Below, piece by piece: positions 18,850 to 26,828 of a stretch of DNA of 64,000 bases (positions are counted from its first letter, which is position 1; every line of letters starts with the position of its first letter). The translations under genes and the position numbers were made by a program. The DNA lies in the NCBI GenBank assembly GCA_965248255.1, contig CBDFIW010000001.1:1492-65491 (forward strand), given 5' to 3'. The notes below the pieces were generated by a model. It did no database searches. It worked only from the letters and a program-made list of their open reading frames with translations, and was not told the origin of the DNA. The DNA comes from Bryobacterales bacterium (GTDB lineage Bacteria > Acidobacteriota > Terriglobia > Bryobacterales > UBA6623).

Positions 18850-19215
18850 TCACCCTTCGGCCAACGACAACCACACCCGCCGCGCCGTCACCTTGACTCG
18901 CAAGGCTTGCAGGTTCCCAGCGCCGCAGTTGAACGCGAAGTCGACCAGCGCCGCCTCTTGTTCCTCCGTCAAAGGAACATAAATCAGATTCCCGACCGCT
19001 CCAGCGGCTACCGCAAGATCCTTCTCCAGAAGCCGCCTCGCCTCGTCTTCATCCACCAACGGCTCGAACCGTGACAGGTCGGCACCCTTCTCGCGGCTCA
19101 GCAGGTGACCGTAGCCGATCGTCGGGAACCCGACCGGGTCGTGGTAGGGGCCAAGCGACAACCCTTCGTGATGCGTTGCCAGCTCGGCTGCGATCTCGAT
19201 GGCGTCCTGGCTCAC
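18850..19215 (-). CDS. GH24 phage lysozyme (endolysin), possibly C-terminally truncated or frameshifted
   Basis: HEGLSLGPYHDPVGFPTIGYGHLL is the T4-lysozyme-type catalytic region, and LTEEQEAALVDFAFNCGAGN also matches. The expected C-terminal helices are missing after ...GNLQALR. Confidence 0.8.
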   Translation of the reverse strand: MSQDAIEIAAELATHHEGLSLGPYHDPVGFPTIGYGHLLSREKGADLSRFEPLVDEDEARRLLEKDLAVAAGAVGNLIYVPLTEEQEAALVDFAFNCGAGNLQALRVKVTARRVWLSLAEG

Positions 19216-19239
19216 CCTTACGTCCTTCTTTGCCTACCC

Positions 19240-19665
19240 CTACTTCATCATCGCCGCCCGGCCCGTGAAAAATAGGTTCATCAGGGCCTTCCTGGCGACT
19301 TCCCATCGGAAGTACTCACCCTCTGAGTTGATCTGGTACCTGCATTGGCCCTGACTGCTCAGGCTCAACGTTACCCTGAACATGGTGTCCCTGCAGTGGT
19401 CTTGGACGGCTATGGTTTTTTTGTCTTCGACGACAAAGCAGACTCCTTTTTGAACACCTGTTTCGTGCCTGAGAACACAAAACTCTTTCTCGGACACCGC
19501 CGTGAATTCAAGATGGGCATTTTGCCCCTCAAGCAGCTTCTTGTTCCTTTCGCTGGCGCTTGCCTGTACGTCGCTTTGAAGCAGCGCGAACTCGCAAGCA
19601 ACAGAGCATTCTTCAGTAGCTTTTACCCAGTTAAAATTGTGGTCTTCCGGCGTCGGTGTATCCAT
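19240..19665 (-). CDS. hypothetical protein (AT-richer cargo gene)
   Basis: ATG at 19665 is preceded by GAGGAGG, directly after the stop of the upstream small gene. I recognised no motif. The sequence is visibly lower in GC than its flanks. Confidence 0.55.
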   Translation of the reverse strand: MDTPTPEDHNFNWVKATEECSVACEFALLQSDVQASASERNKKLLEGQNAHLEFTAVSEKEFCVLRHETGVQKGVCFVVEDKKTIAVQDHCRDTMFRVTLSLSSQGQCRYQINSEGEYFRWEVARKALMNLFFTGRAAMMK

Positions 19666-20002
19666 GGCCTCCTCGCTACGCAAACTCAGCCCTTCGGATA
19701 TGCCCATCTTGTGCAGCAGCCCGTTTCAGGAGCGGCTTTACGAAGCCGAGCGGAAGTTTCTCTCTCAATTCCTGGGCGATGGTCACTTCTCGAACGATGG
19801 AGCAAAGCGATTGCTCGATATCTTCTTTGTCGGGGTATCCATGAAGTTCCACGAAATCCGGCTTCTTGCCTTGCGCTGCATCTTGTAGGAGACTCTGCGC
19901 GTTTTCCAGATCATCTGCCATGCGCTTCGCCTCGTCTTGCAAGCAAGTAAGCCTCCTAACAGCAGCCTGACGTTTCAATATGAGTTCATCAATTTTGGCT
20001 TG

Positions 20003-21028
20003 ACTGGGGTATTTACTTGACTCAGGTGACCCCTACATCTTGTGGTCGACAGAAGCAGCATTTTCAGTGCCGCCGATGATGGACTTGTATGGCACGGGGT
20101 CGATGGCGACCGCCTGTTGCACAAGTCGATAGAAGAGCTTCCCTCGGCTGCGAGAGTTGCGTCGATTAAAGCGGAAGGTAAACTCGTCCAGGTAGTAGTC
20201 CAGATGCTCGGGGTTGACGGCCCCCTGATGCGTCCCCAGCAGCCAACGCTTCAAAAGCGACGCCACGCGGTGCACTCGGGGCAGCAGCTTCGAGGCCGAC
20301 TCCGGCCCCTCATCGAGGAACGTTACTTCGTGCCGGTAGCCGCGCTTCTGTAGCGGCTCATAGCCCAGCCAGCCGTCGGTATGAACCGTGCTGCCCCGTT
20401 CAATCGCTTCTTCGACAAAGGGCATCAAGCTTTCTGCGCTCGCATCCCGGACTCTGCGCATCCGAAGCCGTCCCGTTCCCCTGCCGTCCTCCTGGGCGGC
20501 GATGGCAATCAACGATTTGGTATAGGTCTGGCGACCGCGCACGCCCTCTTCTGGGCTGCCCCAGTACGTCTCGTCCACCTCCACACGGCCGCTGAGGCGG
20601 TCGCGACCGGGGCGCACCATGGCGCGGCGCAACTTGTGCAGCCAGCTCCAGGCCGTCTTGTAGCTGCCCAGCCCCAAGACTCGCTGCAGCCCCAGGGCAC
20701 TCACTCCGTTTTTCTGACTGGTCACCCACCAGATGGCTCGCAACCACAGCCGCAGGGGCTGACGAGTGTCCTGGAACACCGTGCCAGCGGTGACCGAGGT
20801 CTGCCGACCGCAGCCCGAGCACTCCCACAGCCCTTGCCGGACCGGCCAAGCCGCGCCGTGTCCGCAGCGCGGACAGCGGAATCCTTCCGGCCAGCGCAGC
20901 TGGAACAGATAATCCCGACAAGCCTCCTCCGTCGCAAAGCGGGCCTCGAACTCAGCCAAGTTCCGCGGATAGTCCTCCATCGCACCGCATACTACATCTT
21001 GGGGCTACCTGAGTCAAGTAAATACCCC
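20003..21028 (-). mobile_element. IS1595-family insertion sequence (second, unrelated copy)
   Basis: Inverted repeats are GGGGTATTTACTTGACTCAGGT (20006-20027) and ACCTGAGTCAAGTAAATACCCC (21007-21028). The direct repeat ATTTTGGCTTG occurs at 19992-20002 and 21029-21039. Confidence 0.85.
20033..20980 (-). CDS. IS1595-family transposase with N-terminal zinc ribbon
   Basis: 315 aa. FRCPRCGHGAAW...WECSGCGRQTSVTAGTVFQDTRQPLRLWLRAIWWV...VEVDETYWG...TVHTDGWLGY. Confidence 0.9.
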   Translation of the reverse strand: MEDYPRNLAEFEARFATEEACRDYLFQLRWPEGFRCPRCGHGAAWPVRQGLWECSGCGRQTSVTAGTVFQDTRQPLRLWLRAIWWVTSQKNGVSALGLQRVLGLGSYKTAWSWLHKLRRAMVRPGRDRLSGRVEVDETYWGSPEEGVRGRQTYTKSLIAIAAQEDGRGTGRLRMRRVRDASAESLMPFVEEAIERGSTVHTDGWLGYEPLQKRGYRHEVTFLDEGPESASKLLPRVHRVASLLKRWLLGTHQGAVNPEHLDYYLDEFTFRFNRRNSRSRGKLFYRLVQQAVAIDPVPYKSIIGGTENAASVDHKM

Positions 21029-21094
21029 ATTTTGGCTTGTTCTTCCTGAGACATATTCGCTAGGCCCTCCTTTGAGGGTTGAAAAACAAGAAGC

Positions 21095-21646
21095 TCACCG
21101 CTGCCCCGCCGCCCGCTGCCTGGTCCTCCAGCCGAACCAGAAACCGATCACCACCGCCAGCACGTCCTGGTCGAAGGTGGTCCACGACCCCTCCGCCGTC
21201 AGCGAGCCGACAACCTTGTCGTGCCATTCGCCGCCCGCCGCCGTGTAGAGCGAGTAGAGCAGCGCCATCTTGACCGTGCCCCACAACCCTACGATCCAGT
21301 AGGTGATTGCGGGCCGCACCGCAGCCGAGAAAAGATCCGTTAACGTGAACAAAAGAAAGGCCCTGCTGAACGTTTTAGGAGCGATAACCGCGTTCTCGCC
21401 CACATGACCCGCAGCGGCATTCAACAGCTGCACGCCGTAGCTCTCTCTCGGCTTGCGGGCGCTGCGCAAATCCGCCGCGTCCGCCGCCGTCTCGATCTCC
21501 CGCATGCGCCACTCGTGCTCTTTCGAGGCGTGCGTGAGCCGCAGCTCCAGCATCTCCATTTCCTGCTTGTGGTCGAGGCGCTGCTTGAAAAGTTTGACGA
21601 CATCCGGCAGGAATGGCGCGACGAATCCCGCAATGGCTCCGAGCAT
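21095..21646 (-). CDS. membrane protein, possible 3-TM phage/GTA-type holin
   Basis: 183 aa. The N-terminal amphipathic/coiled-coil region is followed by hydrophobic segments (AFLLFTLTDLF, ITYWIVGLWG, VLAVVIGFWFGW). It sits in the lysis region. Confidence 0.45.
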   Translation of the reverse strand: MLGAIAGFVAPFLPDVVKLFKQRLDHKQEMEMLELRLTHASKEHEWRMREIETAADAADLRSARKPRESYGVQLLNAAAGHVGENAVIAPKTFSRAFLLFTLTDLFSAAVRPAITYWIVGLWGTVKMALLYSLYTAAGGEWHDKVVGSLTAEGSWTTFDQDVLAVVIGFWFGWRTRQRAAGQR

Positions 21647-21648
21647 GG

Positions 21649-21981
21649 CTAACCGCCCCCCCCCCCCGATCCGTGCTTGTCGCCGTTGATGCCCGACCGG
21701 GCGAGCGCGATCTGCATCTTGTTGACCAGCCTTTTGATCTCGGTCAGGTCCTTGTGGATCTCGCCCGGCATCTTGTCGAGGCGCATGTTGAGTTCGGACT
21801 TGGCACTGTCGATGCGCCTGTGCAGCGTGCCGACATCAGCGCCGAGATTGCTGACTTTCTCGTCGATCGCGCCTTGCCATTTGGCCGCCGCCTGGTCGCG
21901 GGCCGATATGCGCAGGTAGAGACCCAAGAAGCTCACCGCCGTGCCGCTGAGCGCGAGCATCAGCGCGACTTGCGGGTCCAT
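21649..21981 (-). CDS. membrane-anchored coiled-coil protein (hypothetical, lysis region)
   Basis: ATG at 21981 (MDPQVALMLALSGTAVSFLGLYL...) lies 2 nt after the upstream stop. It has an N-terminal TM segment, a coiled coil and a Gly-rich tail. The longer track ORF is an unsupported extension. Confidence 0.5.
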   Translation of the reverse strand: MDPQVALMLALSGTAVSFLGLYLRISARDQAAAKWQGAIDEKVSNLGADVGTLHRRIDSAKSELNMRLDKMPGEIHKDLTEIKRLVNKMQIALARSGINGDKHGSGGGGG

Positions 21982-21983
21982 TT

Positions 21984-22328
21984 CTAGTTCCCTCTCTCCG
22001 CGTGAATTTCCCTGTGTATCTGGCCGAGCCGAGGGAACAGCCGGTACAGCGCCCAGATGCTCACCCCCATCCCCGCCAGCCAACTCAGCCAGTCGCACAC
22101 TGATTTGACCGGTGAGCCACCCCTCGCCACGTCGAAGACCTCGCGGAACGAGATGATCACGAACGACACGAGCGCCGGCAGAATCAGGTCCCACCAACCG
22201 CGCGTCTGGGGCCACCATGAGACCTTGCGCTCCAAGTACCAGAAGCCATACAGCGCCAGCAGGACCACGCCCGCCGAGCTGAAGAAGTGGATTACAGCGC
22301 GTTCGAGAACCAAAACAAAATCAGCCAT
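21984..22328 (-). CDS. small polytopic membrane protein (hypothetical)
   Basis: 114 aa with about 3 hydrophobic segments. It is the first gene after the AT-rich intergenic region. Confidence 0.5.
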   Translation of the reverse strand: MADFVLVLERAVIHFFSSAGVVLLALYGFWYLERKVSWWPQTRGWWDLILPALVSFVIISFREVFDVARGGSPVKSVCDWLSWLAGMGVSIWALYRLFPRLGQIHREIHAERGN

Positions 22329-22335
22329 TTACGTT

Positions 22336-22526
22336 CTAGTACTTGGTTGCAAAAGTAAGCGTAATTATGACCACTTGGACGAACCTATCTATTTCTCAGG
22401 GGTTGCAGAACTTCGCACTTCGTTCGACCAACGCCTATCTGTGCGCGAATCCACTGAAAACAAAGACGAGGACAGAATTCCGGAAGGTCATGTGTTATGA
22501 CGCGCACTTTTGCGATTAAGTACTAG
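22336..22526. repeat. 21-bp inverted repeat pair in an AT-rich intergenic region
   Basis: CTAGTACTTGGTTGCAAAAGT (22336-22356) matches the reverse complement of ACTTTTGCGATTAAGTACTAG (22506-22526) at 18 of 21 positions. Confidence 0.6.
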
Positions 22527-22666
22527 TCTCATTGTAGGATCGACCCCCCTGTCGGCGCCAGAAAAACGAGGAAAAAATGAGCCTCGAAACCAGCCCGTCG
22601 TGTGATTCAGCGTTCTCTCCTTTGTTGGATTGTTGGGTGATTACGTCGCCAAAGCCAAGCAGGTAA

Positions 22667-23518
22667 TCATCCATCCGGATACTCCTGCCACTGTTCACCG
22701 TCGAGCGTGTTGCCGTTCGCCTTCGGTGTCCGCCCGCCCCACTGCTTGAAGAAGAAAGGCACACCCGCGGACTGGCATTGGTCACAAATAAACCTAGCCC
22801 AATCCGGTTCCATAGGTCTTGTACTGGATCCGCTCTCGCCACCGACAACGATCCAGTCGAGCGCACACTTCTTGCCGTCATAGATCCGTTCTCCATCGAT
22901 GCCGCTCAGAAAATTCGAGCTACAAGGGTCGCTTTCGTGGGTGCTATCAAAGTTGATCGGACCGAGAAGTGGCTCCGCACTCACCCACCGCACCGCCGCC
23001 AGGGTTTCGAGCAACGGTGGAATGCGCTCGTCGGCGCGCTTCTGGTCCTCGACGGATACGCCCAGCCAGACGTTGGGAAATGGGAACTGAAGAAGACGGA
23101 TGAAAGGGTACCCAAGTTCTCGGGCTGGCTTTTCCCAATGCTTCACGTTTTGGGAGCGCGAGGCCAGATAGTCGCGCATCCGCACGGCCCGTTTGGTGAG
23201 CACCTGAAACGTATGCCGATGCGCCATCATGGCCATAACCGCGAACACGCGATCAATGAACTCGTCCGGGACGTCCTTGTGGAACAAATCGCTCATCGAA
23301 TTGACAAACACCCGCCTCGGCTTCTTCCACCCAAGCGGCTTCCGAAGCCGCTCGGGACGAAGCGTCAGATCGAACCCCGTCTCGTACGGATGGCCGGGGA
23401 CACCCCGGAAACGCTCGGAGAAGCGCTCGGCGTAACAGTGCTTGCAGCCTGGGCTTACCTTGGTGCACCCGGTCACCGGATTCCAGGTCTCTTCCGTCCA
23501 CTCGATGCGGCTGCTCAT
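22667..23518 (-). CDS. phage Gp37/Gp68 family protein (DUF5131)
   Basis: MSSRIEWTEETWNPVTGCTKVSPGCKHCYAERFSERF is the characteristic N-terminus of this family. The start is the ATG at 23518. The 422-aa track ORF is an upstream extension. Confidence 0.85.
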   Translation of the reverse strand: MSSRIEWTEETWNPVTGCTKVSPGCKHCYAERFSERFRGVPGHPYETGFDLTLRPERLRKPLGWKKPRRVFVNSMSDLFHKDVPDEFIDRVFAVMAMMAHRHTFQVLTKRAVRMRDYLASRSQNVKHWEKPARELGYPFIRLLQFPFPNVWLGVSVEDQKRADERIPPLLETLAAVRWVSAEPLLGPINFDSTHESDPCSSNFLSGIDGERIYDGKKCALDWIVVGGESGSSTRPMEPDWARFICDQCQSAGVPFFFKQWGGRTPKANGNTLDGEQWQEYPDG

Positions 23519-23760
23519 GCCCGCCCTTCCTGTTCTGCCCGTACCGCCGTAAGCGGCGCCGCCTCCCGCCGTGCTCCGTGCGGTTCCATGTCCCACTGCG
23601 GCGCGGCGATCCGCCCCCCACAGCCCAGACAGCGCACGTAGGCCCCTTCCTCGTCCCGGCGCGGCGTCGTGATATGGCGGTGAGCGCAACACCTGGACAG
23701 TCTCAGAAGCGCCCAGGACAGGAACACTACGACACCAACGGCAACGGTGAAATCGCTCAT
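23515..23760 (-). CDS. small membrane-anchored protein with CxxC (hypothetical)
   Basis: MSDFTVAVGVVVFLSWALL... then RCLGCGG. Its ATG overlaps the upstream stop as ATGA. Confidence 0.45.
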   Translation of the reverse strand: MSDFTVAVGVVVFLSWALLRLSRCCAHRHITTPRRDEEGAYVRCLGCGGRIAAPQWDMEPHGARREAAPLTAVRAEQEGRA

Positions 23761-23993
23761 CAAACCTGCTCCTTTCCGTTTCGCGTACATTCGCCGGTGT
23801 GCGGGCGGTAGCATATCTCGCCCGAAAGCAGCGACATCGGGGCTGCCGACAACGCGAACCTGCTTCCGACAGGCGTGCGCACCGTGAACACCTGGGCGCC
23901 GCACCACGGGCATAGGCCCTTCCCGACCAGTTCATAGCGGGCTCTTTGCAACTCGCCTGCGGTCATCGGCCACTCCTTGTAGGCTTGATTCAC
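23760..23993 (-). CDS. small cysteine-containing hypothetical protein
   Basis: 77 aa with CPWCG and further Cys residues. It is translationally coupled on both sides. Confidence 0.45.
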   Translation of the reverse strand: MNQAYKEWPMTAGELQRARYELVGKGLCPWCGAQVFTVRTPVGSRFALSAAPMSLLSGEICYRPHTGECTRNGKEQV

Positions 23994-24310
23994 GCTTGAT
24001 GGGTCCCTTCAACGCCGCGCTTTTCCCTCTCCGCGGTCCGAGAGCACAGATGCTCCGCTGCCCTTCGCAGGTGGTCAAGGGCGTCCGCATTCTCTTGGCA
24101 ATGGAACTTGCTTTGCTGATAGAACTCGATGCGTCCGATGACGGCTGCAACAACGTCTTCCACAAACGCCCCGTTAGGCTCTCGCCTGTCTTCGCCACGT
24201 CCCAGCGGCCCGTTTTGCCACGAGATCGTGAACCCCCGGCCTGAAGAAACGCCTCCAGCCGGGTTTCCCGCTTTGTCAAGCCAATGCTCTTCGAAAATTT
24301 CAGTCTTCAT
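23990..24310 (-). CDS. hypothetical phage protein
   Basis: ATG at 24310 is preceded by AAGGAGA (MKTEIFEEHWLDKAGNPAGG...). I recognised no motif. Confidence 0.5.
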   Translation of the reverse strand: MKTEIFEEHWLDKAGNPAGGVSSGRGFTISWQNGPLGRGEDRREPNGAFVEDVVAAVIGRIEFYQQSKFHCQENADALDHLRRAAEHLCSRTAEREKRGVEGTHQA

Positions 24311-24671
24311 CTGTTTTCTCCTTTGGTTGATTGTTTCCACCCGTGGCCGCCAGCGCTGCGATGTAGGTGTACGCCTTGCCGCTGCGCATCATGCCGGGGG
24401 AGATTCTGAGAACCCGCCAGCCGAGCAGCAGCGCCTCGGCGTCTTTCTCGCGGTCCTTCTCGTAGCCCCCGACACGCTGATGACCGCCGCCCCCTCCCCG
24501 GTAGACGAGGCCGTCGAACTCGACGGCGAGTTTTATGTCCGTGCGGGCGAAATCGAACCTCCAGCGGCGCGTCTCGTGGAAGCGCAACTCCCGCTGCCAA
24601 AGGCCGGGCTGAAACAAATCCAGCCACAGCCAAAGCGTTTCCTCGCCGGCGCTTTTTGCCTGACGGCTCAC
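24300..24671 (-). CDS. Vsr/DUF559-like PD-(D/E)XK endonuclease domain protein
   Basis: RWRFDFARTDIKLAVEFDGLVY...EKDREKDAEALLLGWRVLRI follows the D...(E/D)xDG...K...GW.VLR pattern of the DUF559/Vsr-like family. Its GTG start overlaps the upstream stop (GTGA). Confidence 0.6.
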   Translation of the reverse strand: MSRQAKSAGEETLWLWLDLFQPGLWQRELRFHETRRWRFDFARTDIKLAVEFDGLVYRGGGGGHQRVGGYEKDREKDAEALLLGWRVLRISPGMMRSGKAYTYIAALAATGGNNQPKEKTDED

Positions 24672-25084
24672 GACACCCCCTCCTCTCTGCCATCCGGCAT
24701 GTAGAAGAACCAGCGGCGGGTCCGCATCGCGGTCAGAAACAGCGTGATGACCGGCTGGCCGTTGCGCTGGAACAGCTTGTGTTGAGTCGTGGCGCGCCGG
24801 AACACCACATCCCCCGGCCGGCGCAGGAACACTTGACCGCGCATCACCTCCACGCGCTCACCCTCGAGATGCAGGCTGACGCTCGCCCAGGGATGGTCAT
24901 GGACGCCTCTTCCGGGGTCGGAGGCAAGCGTCTTGTGCAGATAGATGTTGAAGAATCGGTTGCGCGGAATGACGTGCCAGCGGCTCAGATAGCGCCCGCC
25001 AATAACCCTGTCGGGCGGCCGGGACTCCATGATGCGCCGCGCGAATCGCAACAGCCTAACTCGCACGAAGTTGGGAAGTCTCAT
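24668..25084 (-). CDS. hypothetical protein with cupin-like HxH motif
   Basis: GRGVHDHPWASVSLHLEGE resembles cupin motif 1, G(x)nHxH...E. The ATG at 25084 is preferred over the track start. Confidence 0.4.
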   Translation of the reverse strand: MRLPNFVRVRLLRFARRIMESRPPDRVIGGRYLSRWHVIPRNRFFNIYLHKTLASDPGRGVHDHPWASVSLHLEGERVEVMRGQVFLRRPGDVVFRRATTQHKLFQRNGQPVITLFLTAMRTRRWFFYMPDGREEGVS

Positions 25085-26252
25085 GGCTCTCCTGCGGCCC
25101 ATCCTCGATCTGAACACTCGCCAGCAGCGGCGCTTCGGCCTCGATCCGCCGGAGGCTGAGAGCGGCGAATTCGGCGTTTAACTCGATCAGAATTGCGGCG
25201 CGGCCCAGCCGCCGCGCGACCAGGCCGACCGTGCCCGCTCCCGCGAACGGATCGAGCACGACCGCGGGGACTGGGTCGCCCGCATCGCAGGCGCAGCTCA
25301 GCTGCCATCCGGCCGAACTATGGACGGCCTCAAGCCGTCTGTTGAATCCGGCTGTCTCGTCACTCCGCTCGACGGAACGCGGCCCGTTCGTGGTTCGGTT
25401 TCCGGGGTTTCGGTAGTTCTTCCGCACGATCCGCTCGAACGGCGCTCCGCAGACCGCGCAACATCCCTTTTCACTAGTGCCCGCCTTGATGCACGGCTCA
25501 ACTAACCTTGTCGGCATGGCGGCGAAATAGGCCGCAGGGAAGCCTTCGGTCGCCAGATTCAGCACGTTGCGAAGATTTGCTCCCATGGCTTGCTGCCGCA
25601 CCCTGGGCATCGCGTCCCAGCGGTCGTTGAAACCCTGGTGCCTGCGGGAATGGCCGCGCTGCTTGTCCGGCTTCTCTTTCCATGTGCCTGAGCGCCGGTC
25701 GCTCGGGTCTGAACCTTTAGCGGGCTTCGTTTCACCATCTTTGCGTCTTGCGTGCGCTCCTCCAGTAAGCGGAAACCGCACGGCGAACGAGTCGTAGAAG
25801 TAGCGCTTCTGCTTGGTCAGCAGATACAGCTTTTCGTGCGCCGATGTCGGCCGGTCCATCACGCCCTCGGGCAGCGGGTTTTTCTTGGCCCAAACAATCT
25901 CCGAGCGCAGCCACCAACCGTCGGCTTGCAGCGCCAGCGCGACGCGGGCTGGCATCATCAGCAATTGCTTCGCGGCAAGGCCCGTCGCCGGACGAACACC
26001 CGCGTAGGCATCACCGTAGTTGAGCCATAGGGTTCCGTCCGGGCGCAGCACGCGCCGCACCTCCCGGAACACGCGCACCAACACGTCGAGATGCGCGTCG
26101 AAGGTCGCTTCCAGGCCGATCATCTTCTCTTCGCCGCCGTAAGCCCGCAGGCCCCAGTAGGGCGGCGAAGTCACCACGCAATGCACCGACTCGTCCGGCA
26201 GTTGGGCCAGACGCTCGAACACGTCGCCGACCAGGATGCGAATGTCTTTCAT
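25056..26252 (-). CDS. DNA methyltransferase (beta-class, N6-adenine or N4-cytosine)
   Basis: Catalytic motif VVTSPPYWGL lies near the N-terminus and the AdoMet motif VLDPFAGAGTVG near the C-terminus. A basic insert contains CCAVCG. Its ATG at 26252 overlaps the upstream stop (ATGA). Confidence 0.85.
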   Translation of the reverse strand: MKDIRILVGDVFERLAQLPDESVHCVVTSPPYWGLRAYGGEEKMIGLEATFDAHLDVLVRVFREVRRVLRPDGTLWLNYGDAYAGVRPATGLAAKQLLMMPARVALALQADGWWLRSEIVWAKKNPLPEGVMDRPTSAHEKLYLLTKQKRYFYDSFAVRFPLTGGAHARRKDGETKPAKGSDPSDRRSGTWKEKPDKQRGHSRRHQGFNDRWDAMPRVRQQAMGANLRNVLNLATEGFPAAYFAAMPTRLVEPCIKAGTSEKGCCAVCGAPFERIVRKNYRNPGNRTTNGPRSVERSDETAGFNRRLEAVHSSAGWQLSCACDAGDPVPAVVLDPFAGAGTVGLVARRLGRAAILIELNAEFAALSLRRIEAEAPLLASVQIEDGPQESHETSQLRAS

Positions 26253-26827
26253 GCCGCCTTGAGTTCCACCAGCCATGGCTCCCGAGAGCCGCGCGGCGTC
26301 GCCAGTCCCTCCAGCGCGAACTGGCAGCCGTGTTCAATCGGGGCGATGCCCGACGGATCGCTGACGGGCCACACCACGGCGCAGCCCGCGAGCGGCTTCA
26401 TCCAGACCCAGCTGCGGGGGAAATAGAGCTCGCCGCCCTCGTAATCGTGGTTCAGAAACAGCATCCAACGCCGTGCCGCGGGTGACTTGATATCCGGCCG
26501 CAACCGCGGCGGACGGACGCCGCTGTCGCGCTTGACCAGACGTGTCTCCACGGCAACATCGTTGCCGGCGAGGTCCCGCCGCACGCAGTCGATCAGATCG
26601 GCGATCAGCGTGTAGCTCGGCCGCCGGAGAACAACCGTCTCGATGTCACGCGGGCCGAGCTCGGGTTTTCCGCAAAGGCCCGCGGCGATCTGTCCCAAGT
26701 TGATGAGTTGCAGGCACTCCTGTGGCTGCACAAACCCCTCGATGTAGCGGATGCGGTGTTTTTCCCGGGTGCGTGTCACCGACAACCACTGCGGCGGCAG
26801 TTTCTTCGCAAATTCGGCGTATTCCAT
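26249..26827 (-). CDS. 2OG-Fe(II) oxygenase-like (prolyl-4-hydroxylase-type) protein, catalytic triad uncertain
   Basis: RRWMLFLNHDYEGGELYFP resembles the t.l.YLN....GGEL.F strand of P4H-type dioxygenases. A distal His candidate sits in APIEHGCQF. The expected HxD position reads RLRPD. Confidence 0.45.
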   Translation of the reverse strand: MEYAEFAKKLPPQWLSVTRTREKHRIRYIEGFVQPQECLQLINLGQIAAGLCGKPELGPRDIETVVLRRPSYTLIADLIDCVRRDLAGNDVAVETRLVKRDSGVRPPRLRPDIKSPAARRWMLFLNHDYEGGELYFPRSWVWMKPLAGCAVVWPVSDPSGIAPIEHGCQFALEGLATPRGSREPWLVELKAA

Positions 26828-26828
26828 G

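Larger units (their letters stand above)
19676..21054 (-). pseudogene. small hypothetical gene split by an IS1595-family insertion
   Basis: Removing 20003-21039 (the IS plus one repeat copy) joins ATG at 21054 (RBS GGAGG) MSQEEQAKIDELI to LKRQAAVRRLTCLQDEAKRMADDLENAQ... in frame. The result is about 113 aa. Confidence 0.7.

Noticed and set aside
22667-23935. Long N-terminal extensions of track ORFs. This one also stands for 34219-36018, 35790-37064, 50725-52071, 55581-56495, 56480-58129 and 60034-61884.
   Set aside because: The extensions are Arg/Gly/Ala-rich and overlap upstream genes. Internal ATGs coincide with family N-termini, signal peptides, RBS-like sequences or ATGA coupling. Shorter coordinates were used.
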